A DNA stretch of 64,000 nt. Origin: Chiloscyllium plagiosum. Its lineage: Eukaryota. This document shows, in pieces, positions 49,986 to 62,239 of this stretch; the stretch's first letter is position 1; each line of letters begins with the position of its first letter. Made by a program: the position numbers and the translations under genes. A model generated the notes under the pieces. That model saw nothing but the letters and a program-made list of their open reading frames with translations, was not told where the DNA came from and did not search any database. The DNA is taken from positions 96,580,230 to 96,644,229 of the forward strand of contig NC_057718.1 in NCBI RefSeq assembly GCF_004010195.1, written 5' to 3'.

Positions 49986-50504
49986 TCATTTATGAAATGG
50001 TTAAGGGGTGGGGGCAGTGGAGGGGGGAGGGAACCCATGATGGATGTTTAGTGAGTTCATCAGCCATGCAGTTTGATCCTTATAACTTACAGATAAAATG
50101 ATAGGCCATGCCCTGGGGATTTTCAGAGGCTTTTCAAGTGCTGGAGTTGTTGCCTGCTAAAAACTGCAGGTATAATTAAAGAAAAAAGTCAGCACTGACA
50201 ATGTTGTTGGACAAAGGACATCTTAGCTTGTCCAAGAATCTCCCATGCATTCAATTAAGCCATATGTAAAGAGATGGTTAGAAGTGTGAGTGACTACTGA
50301 AAAACATAATATGGAGAGGATGGCCGTTTCCAATATTCTGTACCAGTATTGGCATCTGACCTACACAGATACGTTCTGGGCAAGATTGGATTTGAAATGC
50401 CAGCAAGTGGTTGTTGAATGTCTCCATTGAAACATATTAGCCAAACAACACCCTTGCTGTTATTCAACTCTATGATTTGGAATGAAAGTTTCAACTCCAG
50501 ACAA

Positions 50505-50987
50505 ACTTTACAAGGATGTTGCCTGAACTCAATGGTCTGAGTTATAAGGAGAGGTTGGACAAGCTAGGACTTTTTTTCTTTAGAGTGTAGGTCCACTGAG
50601 AGAGAGCCTTATAGAAGTGTATGAGATCATGAGAGGCACGGATAAGGTGAACACACTCAGTCTTTTTCCCAGGGTTGGGGAATCGAGGACTAGAGGACAT
50701 CAGTTTAAGGCTAAACGGGAAACAATAAAAGGGAACTTGAGGGGCAACTTTTTTTACACAGAGGGTGGTACGCATAAGGAATGAGCTGCCAGTGGAAGTG
50801 GTTGAGGCGTTTACATTGACAGCATTTAAAAAGCATTTGGACAAATATTTGGATAAGAAAGGTTTAGAAGGATATGGGCAAGTGCAGGGAACTGGTGTTA
50901 GCACGAACAGGAGTTTTGGTCGGCATGGACCAGTTTGGGCCAAATGGGCTGTCTCCATGCTGTAGGACCCGATGACTCTGTGACTCC
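50505..50987 (+). mobile_element. CR1 3' fragment
   Basis: RNELPVEVVEAFTLTAFKKHLDKYL; CCATGCTGTA tail. Confidence 0.9.
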
Positions 50988-51065
50988 AGTGGAATGTCCA
51001 TCTTGATTTTGCGCAGAATGTCAGAAATATTTTCTTGCTTCGTGTCTATTCCAGATGGTCAGGAT

Positions 51066-52003
51066 TATGATGACGCTGTGGCATTATGAGGTCATTTGGT
51101 CCTGTTTTTTTTTGTTTGAAGTGAGGTTTTAAAGCAGAGGTGCTGAGTTGGCTAGTGGAGATCCATAAAGCAAACAGCCTTGTGGGTTTTTGGTTTTAAC
51201 TTTGAACAATAAATGCAGCCCAGATGGGTGTGGCCAGCTCTCAAGGACCAGGATTTCTAGTTTTTTTAAAAACGTTTTCAGCTTTATCTTTAAACAGTTG
51301 CTGTTGGAGTATCAACAGGGCAGAAGCTGCTGGATTTTTGAAGGAGTAAAAGCTATCTTCTCTCTCTCTTGGTTACAGCTAGAAGCTGGGATTTCTCTCT
51401 ACTCAGTTACCTGGGAGACAAATCTATTTTTTCTGAATTTGCCTTTTTGCCAAGCGGAGTGTGTTTATGGGATGAACTAGAGGGCATAGGTTTAGGGTGA
51501 GAGGGGAAAGATATAAAAGAGACCTAAGGGGCAGCTTTTTCACGCAGAGGGTGGTACGTGTATGGAATGAGCTGCCAGAGGAAGTGGTGGAGGCTGGTAC
51601 AATTGCAGCATTTAAGAGGCATTTGGATGAGTATATGAATAAGAAGGGTTTGGAGGCCGGGTGCTGGCAGGTGGGACTAGATTGGGTTGGGATATCTGGT
51701 CGGCATGGACAGGTTGGACCAAAGGGTCTGTTTCCATGCTGTACACCTCTATGACCCTATGACTCTATAACAGTTATTATTCAGTTAAGTTTTCCAATAG
51801 AGTTAACTTATTCTAAGTTCTTCATTCTTTAGTTATATTTTAAATATTTATTTTAAATAAATTGTGTTTTGCTGAAGGTCAAGTAATTTGATCATTCGAT
51901 TGCATCTGGAACACAGCACCTGACATTTACTTTTAATATTAGATGTTAGGGTCTAAGCTGCTTCTTAAAATGTTTTAAGGGGGTCTGGTCTGGTCTGGAA
52001 AGC
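51066..52003 (+). mobile_element. Solo LTR (same family as 5839-6410) split by CR1 3' fragment (51476-51768)
   Basis: TTGCCTTTTTGCCAAG..GTGTGTTTATGGGATG and TTAGGGTCT..GGGGTCTGGTCTGGTC are reverse complements of the first LTR; AATAAA at ~51857. Confidence 0.65.
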
Positions 52004-52004
52004 A

Positions 52005-52600
52005 GGAATATATAGATGGGAGGAAATCATTCAACCTTTTCAGTTCGTTGCACAATTCAGCTCGGCAATGCTGATCTGCGTCTTGCTTGCACGCTCTTGT
52101 TAAAGGGTTAATGATGTGAACTGGTGAAATTAAAGACTGGGAATGCTGGTAGAGAGGGAACAATTAAGATGAGCGTGTATTGCTTATGAAGTATTGACTT
52201 TTTTTTGCTGGATCTAAGCGCATTGTGCTAACTATGAGTTCTGTTACCAATTTGTATTTAGATTCCTCCGTGTCTAGATGCTTTATTGCCCATGTTCTGC
52301 TTTTCTGAACATGCCAAAAAAATTGAAGCTAATATGTTTTTGTTTAGTTTTCATGCTCTCAGAAATGTTTTCTTGGACAAGTTGAAGCTGTTCCATTTCT
52401 TTATGAAAAGCAAGGCTCAAATTTGTGAAGGTCAATGCTAATATGAGATCACAAAAACAGTAAATTGGAATCTGGGGATCCATGAGGTTGAGAGTCAACC
52501 AAGTCTAGCAAAAGGACATGACTTCAATCATGTCAATTAGCAATAACTTCAAGCATTATGCTACAGTTTATGCAACACATACATTATACATTAGGATTGT
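52005..52600. promoter_or_regulatory. Candidate conserved non-coding island
   Basis: Repeat-free; AAAGGGTTAAT, AACAATTAAG motifs, CpGs. Confidence 0.3.
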
Positions 52601-52613
52601 GCAAAGTGAGCGT

Positions 52614-52876
52614 CAGTACTTTCTAAACTTTTTCCCACTGTGACCCTATTTTGAGGCATGAAAATTGTCAAGATCCCTCAGCAGGAACTGTGAGTGGAGG
52701 TGGGGAGGGGAGCTATCAGGTCGAGAGAGTGGTAAGTGTGGAAGTGGAAACCTCTGTTGCAGTGGGAGTGCATCAGACAGAGCTCCATGGTGTCATTATT
52801 GCTAGGGCTCGCAACCCTAAAATTTCAGCTCGTGACCCCCCACTTAGGGTGCGGACCCCCATTTTTGGGAAGCCTA
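52614..52876. mobile_element. hAT-like non-autonomous DNA transposon (decayed MITE)
   Basis: CAGTACTTTCTAAACTTTT..GTGACCC left end; GACCCCCATTTTTGGGAAGC right end. Confidence 0.5.
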
Positions 52877-53327
52877 ATATAAATGCCCACATAAAATCGC
52901 CTGGAATGTACTGGAAAGTATTTCTGAAAAGCCATTAAGAGTGACCCAGAAATACTGTTCCGCAATTGTTAATCTGTATCAAATGAGATAAATAGCACAA
53001 CAAAGGCCCTTTGGCCCATTGAGTCTATGCTGAATAATCTGTACTAATCCCACTTTGATAATGATGGTAATGGTAATCACTCCTATAATCAAACAGTACG
53101 TCTCAGTCTGTCTCAGAGACATCACAGGGATCAATTTTCACAGGTCTTTCTTTATTCATCATAAACAGCTTCCGAGATATATGTAGTGCAAAGGGTTAAT
53201 ATAAAATTTGTAAATAGATAGTCTGCATTATCAACGATGTAACATTGCATGACAAAATACTCCACTGAGAGATAGTTCCATGAGAAGCCTCGTGCGATAT
53301 CTTATGTGGAACATAGAACACAATACA

Positions 53328-53610
53328 GGCTGGCACGGTGGCTCAGTGGTTAGCACTGCTGCCTCACAGTACCAGGGACCTGGGTTCAATCCCATCCTCG
53401 GGCAACTGTCTGTGTGGAGTTTGCACATTCTCTGTGTCTCTATGGGGCTTGCTCTGGTATCCTCTTAAGGTCCAACAATGTGCAGGTTAGATGTATTCAT
53501 CAGGGGAAATGTAAAGTGTTAGCAGAATGGGTCTGGGTGGGTTACTCTTCAGAGGGTTGGTGTGGACTTGCTGGGCCCAATGGCCTGATTCCACACTGTG
53601 GGGATTCTAG
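53328..53610 (+). mobile_element. HE1 SINE
   Basis: TGGCTCAGTGGTTAGC A box, GGTTCAATCC B box, V-domain, tail. Confidence 0.9.
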
Positions 53611-53611
53611 T

Positions 53612-53872
53612 ATGGCACAGGAATGGGCTCTTTGGCCCACAATGTTTGCCAAGCATGATGCCAAATTAAACAATCCCTTCTGCTTGCCCTTAGTCTGTAT
53701 CCCTCCATTCTTGGAATATTCATGTGCTTATTTAAATATCCCGATCGTATCTGCCTTTGGCAGCATGTTCCAGACTCTAACCACTCTCTGTGAATAAAAA
53801 CGGATCCCTCACATTTTCTTTGAACTTCCCCCCTCACCTTAAACGCATGCCCCCTAGTAGTAGATGTTTCAA
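53612..53872 (-). mobile_element. CR1 3' fragment
   Basis: Reverse CR1 3' UTR/ORF2 end. Confidence 0.75.
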
Positions 53873-54112
53873 TATCTTGTACTCTACATCATGAGAAGAA
53901 CATTTCATGAAAGCTAAGGTTTGCCCGCAGCCTAGTCTTCTACAGTCTCTATCAATTCGTAACCAAAGACGTAATCTAAAATAAGGGTGTCAGTAATGCT
54001 GACAGAAAAGAGCTGCATAATCCTTACTACTTAACTGAGTTTACAGCAGCCAGTTCAAGGATGTTCACATTACTTCCTGTGCAAATTCTGAACAACAATT
54101 TGGCTTCACGTT

Positions 54113-54357
54113 ATACACATACACACGCACATACACACACAGACACAGATACAGACACTTGCACACAACACACAGACAGAGAGACAGACACAGATACAGA
54201 CACTCACACACAACATACACACAAAAATACAAACACTCGCACACAACACACACACATACAGACAGATGCAGATATAGACANNNNNNNNNNNNNNNNNNNN
54301 NNNNNNNNNNNNNNNNNNNNNNNNNNNNNNCCACCCACCCACACACACACACACACA
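54113..54357. repeat. Compound (CA)/(CAGA) microsatellite with 50-N gap (54281-54330)
   Basis: Direct reading. Confidence 0.95.
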
Positions 54358-54715
54358 ACTGCACGCATAAACTGAGGCTCTTAATAGCCTCTTACTCTCA
54401 GGCTCTGTGGAAGTTTAATCTTTATCTATAAACACAAGTTTGACAAGATTTAAGATTGTCCTCAATTTTCTGTGTGTAATCAATAAAAGTAAAATAAACA
54501 AGCAACCTCAGGAATGCAGGCTATTGACTGATTCAAATGCAAATGAAATGCATGGAAAGCTAAAGGAGAAGTGAATGGGGGTAGGGTAGACTTATAATTA
54601 GAGAAGTTTCGTTCAGGAAAGCATCGATAGGCTTTGTCGGGGATTTGCAAATGCAAAGTCAAGGTGTCGGAAGAAGCACAGTACCTTCTAAACAGCCCAC
54701 CTCATCACATACAGC

Positions 54716-54920
54716 ACGAGGGAGGAGATGGCCTAGTGGTGTTACAGTTGGACAGTTAACCCAAAGACCCACATAATGTTCTGGGGACCTGGGTTCAAAT
54801 CCTACTATAGCCGGTGGTAGAATTTGAATCTAATCAAAATCTGAGTAATGATGACCACGAACCATAGCCAGGTAAAAACCCATCTGGTTCACTAATGTCC
54901 TTTAGGGAGAGAGTCTGCCA
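54716..54920 (+). mobile_element. SINE family 2, 5' part
   Basis: TGGCCTAGTGG, GGTTCAAATCC, CCCATCTGGTTCACTAATGTCC. Confidence 0.8.
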
Positions 54921-56369
54921 CGCTGTTTGGCTTTGCTGTGCATCATAAACTGGCCATCCAGCCAACTGAGCTAACCAGCCCTATGAGAAGTAGCACACAC
55001 TTTGACTGTTAATGAGCAGGATCTTTCAAATTGTACCCATGGGATATACTTTGTGATATCACATTAAGAGAGAACATGCTAATGAGCATATAACCAGGAT
55101 ATAGAGCATGTGTCCAGCAGCCATTAATTAGTTTCACAACACAATATGTAACATGAGGGAGTTATGACGGTGCTTTTTTCAACTAATCATAGTTGCTGAG
55201 CCTTTATACTGAATTTGTCCACTGAGGAAACCTGTAATATATCTGCAAAATAACATAACCTACATTTAATTTTACCAGTCCTGGTGTGAGATTGCTAAGG
55301 TTGTTTCAAACAAGCATAGAAACACAGCAGTGTACGATTTCTAAAATAATTAAATCCATTTAATTAAGCACAATCATTCTAATTTTTTATGTGAAGTAGA
55401 ACAAGGGAGTAACATAGACAACCTAAATGCCACAGCATCGAGATATTAATTGCAATAAGTCTGACAAGCTGAGTGTGAACTTTCGTCAGAAATTTTCCTT
55501 AAAATACCCTTGAGATTAATCATGCCAAAACAATGGGAGTTTTGAATTCCCTAACCATTATTTAGTAATTTCTGAGCCTGAAGCAGAAAAAGAGAGAGGA
55601 AAATAGTCTGTGGAAAAATGTAAGCTACTGGGGCTTTAGGTTGTAGCTATACTATTTAGATAACCTACTAATGGCCTGGCATTTCGATATTAAAATGTTA
55701 AGATTATAAACTGCAAGTGCTGGCTTTATTTAATTTTCTGTTATTACACATAATCCAAGAAACTCATTTACAAAATTGGCTGCTCTTTCTTAAAATAAAG
55801 CAAAGTTTCTGTGAACTGGTGAATTTTCTCCAGCCTTTAATTAATTTAAATTGACTGTGTTCGTAAAAGGTTAGCAAAACACCCAGGACACATCCTATAC
55901 ATTTCTTCAGTCTTCTCTTCATCACCAGCTTACCAAGTTCTCCAGAAGACTTTATTAAACAGCCTTGACATAAGCTTTCATTCCCATTTGCTTGTGTGCT
56001 TATAGTGGGAAAGGAAGCTGACTGACAGTCCAAAGTCTTTGAATCTTGTTCTTCTGCACTATGCTGCCAAGTACACTTTAAAATGGAATTTACTTCTACA
56101 AAGGGATTCTGTACAAGAACTCTTTAGGATTCCCATGTGTTTTGAGAACTCACGAGTTTCATAGAAAATACTCAAATGCCAAAAGATTGGCCTTGCTTGT
56201 TCAGATGGAAGAGGGTGACCTGGGTCATGGAAGGATAGTTCTCAGTGCTGTTTTAAGTTCAGAGAACTTTTGGAAGAGCAGTGCTGAAAGTACAAAGTCA
56301 ATCAAACACTTGCAGTGACCAACACCGAGTTCAGGGAATACAACTGGAAACCAAATGTCACAATAATGA

Positions 56370-56720
56370 GTCCTGAAAAGGACCACTGAACCCGAAATGT
56401 TAACTGTAATTTCTCTCCACAGATCCTGCTAGACCTGCTGAGTTTTTCCAGCAATTCTTGTGTTTGTTTCTGTTCTTGACTTCCAGCATCTGCAGTTATT
56501 GTGGTTTTTCCTATTGCAATATTCAGTATGTCAGAGAATATACACCCTTTAAAACATTCTTTGAAACCCAAATTGTTGACTAAGCTTTCGGTCATCTGAG
56601 CTGATCTAACCTTATGAAGGGCTTTCCTGATGAAGGACTTTTGCCCGAATCGTCGATTTTCCTGCTCCTTGGATGCTGCCTGACCTGCTGTGCTTTTCCA
56701 GCACCATTCTGATCTAATCT
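56370..56720 (+). mobile_element. Two Penelope-like terminal fragments (family 4 at 56370-56510, family 1 at ~56615-56720)
   Basis: CTGAAAAGGACCACTGAACCCGAAATGTTA and CTGATGAAGGACTTTTGCCCGAATCGTC cores with the GATGCTGCC/CCTGCTG tail. Confidence 0.7.
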
Positions 56721-56776
56721 TAACCTCATATCACTCAATAGTTGTTCAGGACATTGGTGAGAGCACATCTGGTCTC

Positions 56777-57110
56777 ATAGGATCCCGATAGTGTGGAAGC
56801 AGGCCATTCAGCCCATCAAGTCCACACCAACCCTCCAAACAGCATCCCAACCAGACCCATCCCATTACTGTAATCCTTGCATTTCCCATGGATAATCCAA
56901 CTAACCTACACACCCCTAGACAGTGGGTAATTTAGCATGGCCAATTCACTTAATCTGCACAATATTGAATCGTGGGAGGAAACCGGAGCACCCGAAGGAA
57001 TCCCATGCTGACGTGGAGAGAATGTGCAAGTTCCATTAAGAAACGGATAGAATCAAACCTGGGTCCCCTGGCACTGTGAGGTAACAGTGCTAACCACTGA
57101 GGTATTATGC
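56777..57110 (-). mobile_element. HE1 SINE inside a CR1 fragment
   Basis: Full reverse copy; CR1 continues 57120-57540. Confidence 0.85.
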
Positions 57111-58099
57111 CGAGAACTTCAGTGCTTATTTAAGAAAGGATATAACTGCATTTGCAGCAAATAGGGTTGAGTCAACTGCTTCAGGTCACGTAGGAGTTAC
57201 AGGGAAAGGTTGGACAGATAGCTCCTGTATCTGTTGGAGTTGAGAAGAATGAGAAACAGATAAGATCCTAGTGGGACCTGACAAGGTGGATGTTCAAAGG
57301 ATGTTTCTCCTTATGAAAGAGACTAGAACTAGGATATTTTTCTCCGTGTTACTCTTCCCTAGAGAGTCAGGGAAGCAAGATAATTGAATTTTTTTAAGGG
57401 TGAGTTTGAGCGATGTTTGACTAATAAGAGAACTTATGGGTATTAAAGGTAGATAAGAAAATAGAGTTGAGACCACCATCAAATCAACATGAGCTTACCA
57501 AATAACAGAACAGATTTGAAGGACCAGATAGCTTATTCCTATGTCTAGTGGCATATTCATAGATATGTTTCCCAGGGTCAAATTCAGATTGATAACACTC
57601 TTGTGAAGTATTTTGGAATATTTTATCATGTTAACGATGCTATGTAAATGCAAATTGTTGTTGCTATCTCCACAGACACATGAAAAGTGATTACTGAGGT
57701 ATATCTCATTATTGAAAACGCCTTGATACTTAAAGCCTCTTGAATCTATGGACGAAATGCAAAACTGAATCAGATTATTGGCTAAGACAGTCAGAGTTAA
57801 TACTGTGTCTGTGTTATATGACTCTACTAAGTTTACTGGTCCCTCAATTAACCTTTGCACTGACACGAAGAAGGCACAATATGGAAAATATCTACTTAGA
57901 CCAGCCTTGTCATGTCTGAAGAAGAGCCATAATGGACTAGAAATGTTAGCTCTATTTCCCTGTCCACAGATATGCCCAGACCTACTGAATCTCTCCAACA
58001 CTTTTTTTTTAACCCTGCCCTATCCACCTCTCCCAACTACTCCGAGTCACATGGTACAAAGATTTTACCCAAAATAAACCTTTGTTGAATTCTATGATA

Positions 58100-58430
58100 G
58101 GGCAGCATGGTGGCTCAGTGGTTAGCACTGCTGCCTCACGGGACCAGGGTTCGATTCCAACCTTGGGCGACTGTCTGTGTGGAGTTTGGACATTCTCCCT
58201 GTGTCTGCGTGGGTTTCTCTGGGTGCTCTGGTTTGCTCTCACAGTCCACAAAGATGTGCAAGTTAGGTGAATTGGCCATGTTAAATTGTCCATAGCGTTA
58301 GGTGCATTAGTCAGGGGTAAATGTAGGGTCGGGGAATGGGTCTGGGTGGGTTACTCTTCGGAGGGTCGGTGAGGACTTGTTGGCTGAAGGGCCTGTTTCC
58401 ATACTGTAGGGAATATATTCTAATCTAATC
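58100..58430 (+). mobile_element. HE1 SINE, full length
   Basis: A/B boxes, V-domain, (TCTAA)n tail. Confidence 0.92.
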
Positions 58431-58759
58431 TTAAAATAGCTGATAGCCTATTATGGCATGTAAGGAATCCATACAATTTATTTATATAAACATAATATTT
58501 TTAAATGTCTTCCTTTGGCAATTTTTCACAAAACTAACGTGGAAGGTAAGTTAAACGAAATATCAAGAGTTTTTATTTGATAAGACATTAAAATGTTAAC
58601 ACCATATACCTGTATAATGTAAGTATTTTAAGTGCTTGTAATAATTTTAAGATTTGAGGATTGCTTTGCCTCATAAATCATTCTTTGAAAGAACAGCTCC
58701 CAGAGAGATAGAGAGGAAAACTTCAAGTGCTTGCTTTTATTGCTCTGTTCTTTGCGTTT

Positions 58760-59372
58760 AGGAGTTTGGACTCATGTTGAGATTGTACAGGACATTAATG
58801 AGACCTCTTCTAGAATCCAGTTCTGGTCACTCTGTTATAGGAAGGATACTATTAAGCTGGAGAGGGTTCAGACGAGATTTACCAGAATGTTGCCGGGTAT
58901 GGAAGGTTTCAGTTGTAAATAGAGGCTGTTTAGACTGGGACTTTTTCATTGAAGCTCAGGAGGTTGGGAGGTGAGCTTATTGTAGTTTATGAAACAATGA
59001 GGAGCATAGAAAGAGTTAATGGTCGTTGTATTTTTCCTAGGATAGGGGAGCATTTTTAAGGTGAGAGGAGGGAGATTTAAAAAGGACGTGAGAGACAAAT
59101 GTTTTACACAGAGGGTGGTTTGTGTTTGGAATTAACTGCCTGAAGGAGTTGTGGATGTAGATACAATTGCGACGTTTAAAAGACATTTAGATAAGGACAT
59201 GAAAAAAGAAGATTTGGAGGGATATGGCAGGTGGGACTAGTTTAGTTTGGGATTATGTTTGATATTGGCTGGTTGGACTCCCCCTAGTCTTGAAATCCCC
59301 CATCCTAGGAAAAATACAACCACCATTAACTCTATCTACATCCCTCATTGTTTCCATGCTGTATGACTCTAT
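58760..59372 (+). mobile_element. CR1 3' fragment with internal inverted duplication
   Basis: QFWSLCYRKDTIKLERVQTRFTRMLPGM; 59278-59354 is an inverted copy of 58991-59050. Confidence 0.9.
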
Positions 59373-59374
59373 GA

Positions 59375-60022
59375 GAAAGGTCAATGCAATGATGGCATTT
59401 ATTTTGAAAGGACTTGAATATTAAAGTAGGGATGTACTTCTGAGGCTCTATAAAGAGCCTCAGAAATGTCAGACCACATTTGAGATATTGCTCAAAGTGT
59501 TGTGCACCATATCTCAGGAAGGACGTACTGGCCCTCGAGCATGTCCAGAAGAGATTCACAAGATTAGTCCCAGGAATGAAAAGGAACGTTTGAGGACTCT
59601 GGGTTTGTGTTTGATGGAGTTTAGAAGGATGATGGGGGATCTAATTGAAATATACAGAATACAGAATGGCCTGGACAGAGTGGATGTTGGGAAGATGTTT
59701 CCATTAGTAGGAGAGACTAGGACCCGAGCGCACAGCCTGACAGTAAAGGGAAGACCTTATAGAAGGGAGAGAAGGAGAAATTTCTTCAGCCAGAAAGTGG
59801 CGAATTCTATGGAATTCGCTGCCACAGAAGGCTGTGGAGGTCAGGTTATTGCGTATATTTAAGGTGGAGAGGGATAGGTTCTTGAGTATCAAGGGGATCA
59901 AGGGTTGCTGGGGGAAAGTGGGAGGATGGGGTTGAGAAGCCTATCAGCTAGGATTGAATGGTGGAGCAGACCGAATGGGCTAAATGGCCTAATTTCTGCT
60001 CCTGTCTCTTATGGTCTTTATG
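59375..60022 (+). mobile_element. CR1 3' fragment
   Basis: RLRTLGLCLMEFRRMMGDLIEIYRI..RRNFFSQKV. Confidence 0.9.
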
Positions 60023-60849
60023 ACTCTACACAGTGCAGAATGTGGGGCTATATGTGAGTGCCAGGCGTCTCTGGTAATTGGCTCACTGGTAATTGGATCA
60101 GGGTTTCAAGGTCAGGATGTGACTCAGCTTGCAAAACCCAAGTTGGTGAACTTGTGCATATGTTCCACAACCAAATAATGGGTTTCCAAATCATTCACTT
60201 CTAATGGAAGGCAAACAAAATGTGACTTTTAAATCTGATAAATCCACACATAAACCACATGGAAAACAATGCAGAAAAACAGGTCAATCTGAGAGTAAGA
60301 ACCAATAACTACAGCATGAAAGACGATGGCAACTTCCCCATTATAAAATGTGGGGAACATATTCAAACATTGCATCTTTTTTGAGCAACTCAGGAACTTG
60401 AGGAATCTACTTTCTTTCTCCATGGCAATGTCTTGATCAATCAGAGTCAACTTGCCAGTTGATCAGGACCTGACCTTCCTGTCATAGAAATTATTGTGAC
60501 CATTTGAAGAGTTGGCATTCTTGCATGTGTCCTGATGTATGCCGGATGACAGACTTCAGCAACATTTCCCTCTTACTCTGTAAGATTCCTAAATCTATTA
60601 GTGACACCTAGTGATGGAGAAAGAAGACTGCATTCAGCTTCGGCAGGAAAATGGGAGGAGAGTCTGCCAACTAATCCATAGATGCCCACACAAAATTAAG
60701 TGTGAACATTTTAAACTTGACTTAGATAAAGTTTTGTTAAGCAAATATATTAAGAGATTGCCAAAGGCAAGTATATGGAGTTAGGCACAAAATGATGGAA
60801 CAGCCTTGAGGGGCTGAGTGCTCCTTTTAAGATTCCGATTTTAAATTTC

Positions 60850-61190
60850 CTTTTATTCAGTCATGTGATGTGGGTATTGTGGGCCAACGTTTATTGCCGG
60901 CCCCCAACTGCCCCAGAGGATAGGTAAATGTTAAACACATCGCTGTGAGTCTGGAGTCATCACACCAGGTAAGGATGGCTGTTCCCTTCCTTTCACGACA
61001 TTAATGAACCAGATGGGCTATCTCTCACCACACTGAGAGAATCAAGAGTGGTCATCATTAAACTCTTAATTGCAGATACTTATTGAATTCTGTTTCTACT
61101 CTCTGCCATGGCAGGATTCAAATACGGGAGCCCAGTACATTACCTGGATCACTGGATTAATAGTCCAGCAATAATACCACTAGGCCGTTG
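60850..61190 (-). mobile_element. SINE family 2, near full length
   Basis: Reverse complement of 27769-28115, ending ATACCACTAGGCC. Confidence 0.8.
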
Positions 61191-61204
61191 TCTTTCTAAC
61201 ACCT

Positions 61205-61239
61205 ATGTGTGTGTGTGATATGACATATATGATATATGG

Positions 61240-61272
<33 letters not shown>

Positions 61273-61273
61273 T
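61205..61273. repeat. (TG)n-(TA)n-(CA)n microsatellite
   Basis: Direct reading. Confidence 0.9.
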
Positions 61274-61282
61274 CTGCTTTGA

Positions 61283-61401
61283 GATGCGTAGACATTGGCA
61301 AATAAACCATATCATAATAGAGGTATTATAAGATATATATATTGTATATATCTTATAATGCCTTTATTATGATATGCTTTAATGGCCAATGTCTACACAT
61401 C
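61283..61401. repeat. 119-bp imperfect palindrome
   Basis: GATGCGTAGACATTGGC..CATATCATAATAGAGGTATTATAAGATATATA pairs with TATATATCTTATAATGCCTTTATTATGATATG..GCCAATGTCTACACATC. Confidence 0.9.
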
Positions 61402-61879
61402 ACAAAGCAGACGCCATGCTTTGTTACAGATTAAAATGTTAGTCCTTTTTTGGTGGGTGCTTCCAAAGGCTGAAGTTTATAAAAACATTCTCTACTATAT
61501 GCTTTTAAGACTCAACTTACTTAAATGTGACAATAGCCAAGATTTTGCAGGCAATCGCACAATGGCATGGGCTACCACTGACTTTAAAGGCAGCTGCTTC
61601 GCAACGGTCGAGCATGCTCTGTGAGTTCTGGTTCCCATCCCCAAGGTAACGCAAGGAACAGTGATGTCATCGAGCAGGCTAAGCCACCAATTAAAATGAT
61701 GCATTTTCACAGGCAGCAAAACCAGGAAGTATCAAATAGCTTTCATCATTCCAATTTTAAAACACTTTTGACAGACAGCAAATAAAATACTGTGAAATAC
61801 CACGGTGTTAAGTTACAAGTTAACTATCATAAACATGCTTTTATTTCATTAAAATTTCTATTTTTCTTTAATCACAGAA

Positions 61880-62060
61880 TGGATTAATCCACCTGGTTCA
61901 TGACTGTCCTTCAGGGAAGGAAACTGCCATCCTTACCTGATCTGGGCCTACATGTGACTCCAGACCCACAGCAATGCGGTTCACTCTTAACTGCCCTCTG
62001 GGCAATTAGGAATGGGCAATAAATGCTCGCCTAGCGATCCTGTGATTGAATATAAATAAA
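61880..62060 (+). mobile_element. SINE family 2, 3' part
   Basis: GTCCTTCAGGGAAGGAAACTGCC..GGGCAATAAATGCT. Confidence 0.85.
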
Positions 62061-62239
62061 ACTTGATATTACACAAACATAAAATTAATTTTTTACAGGT
62101 TTCTTAGAACATACTTAAAAATCAAGTCACACCTCATTCAACAAAATGTAACACTTTCAAACATAGCACTAGGGTGGTGAGTTTAACCTGAGAGTCACCG
62201 CACTTCAGACAAAGGGGGGGGTTGGGTTTATGACTGATA

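Noticed and set aside
51030..51100. Exon after TTCCAG acceptor
   Set aside because: No good donor and it overlaps the start of a solo LTR
60598..60620. CTCF-like motif (also 62946-62961)
   Set aside because: Several mismatches or an extra base relative to the consensus; expected by chance
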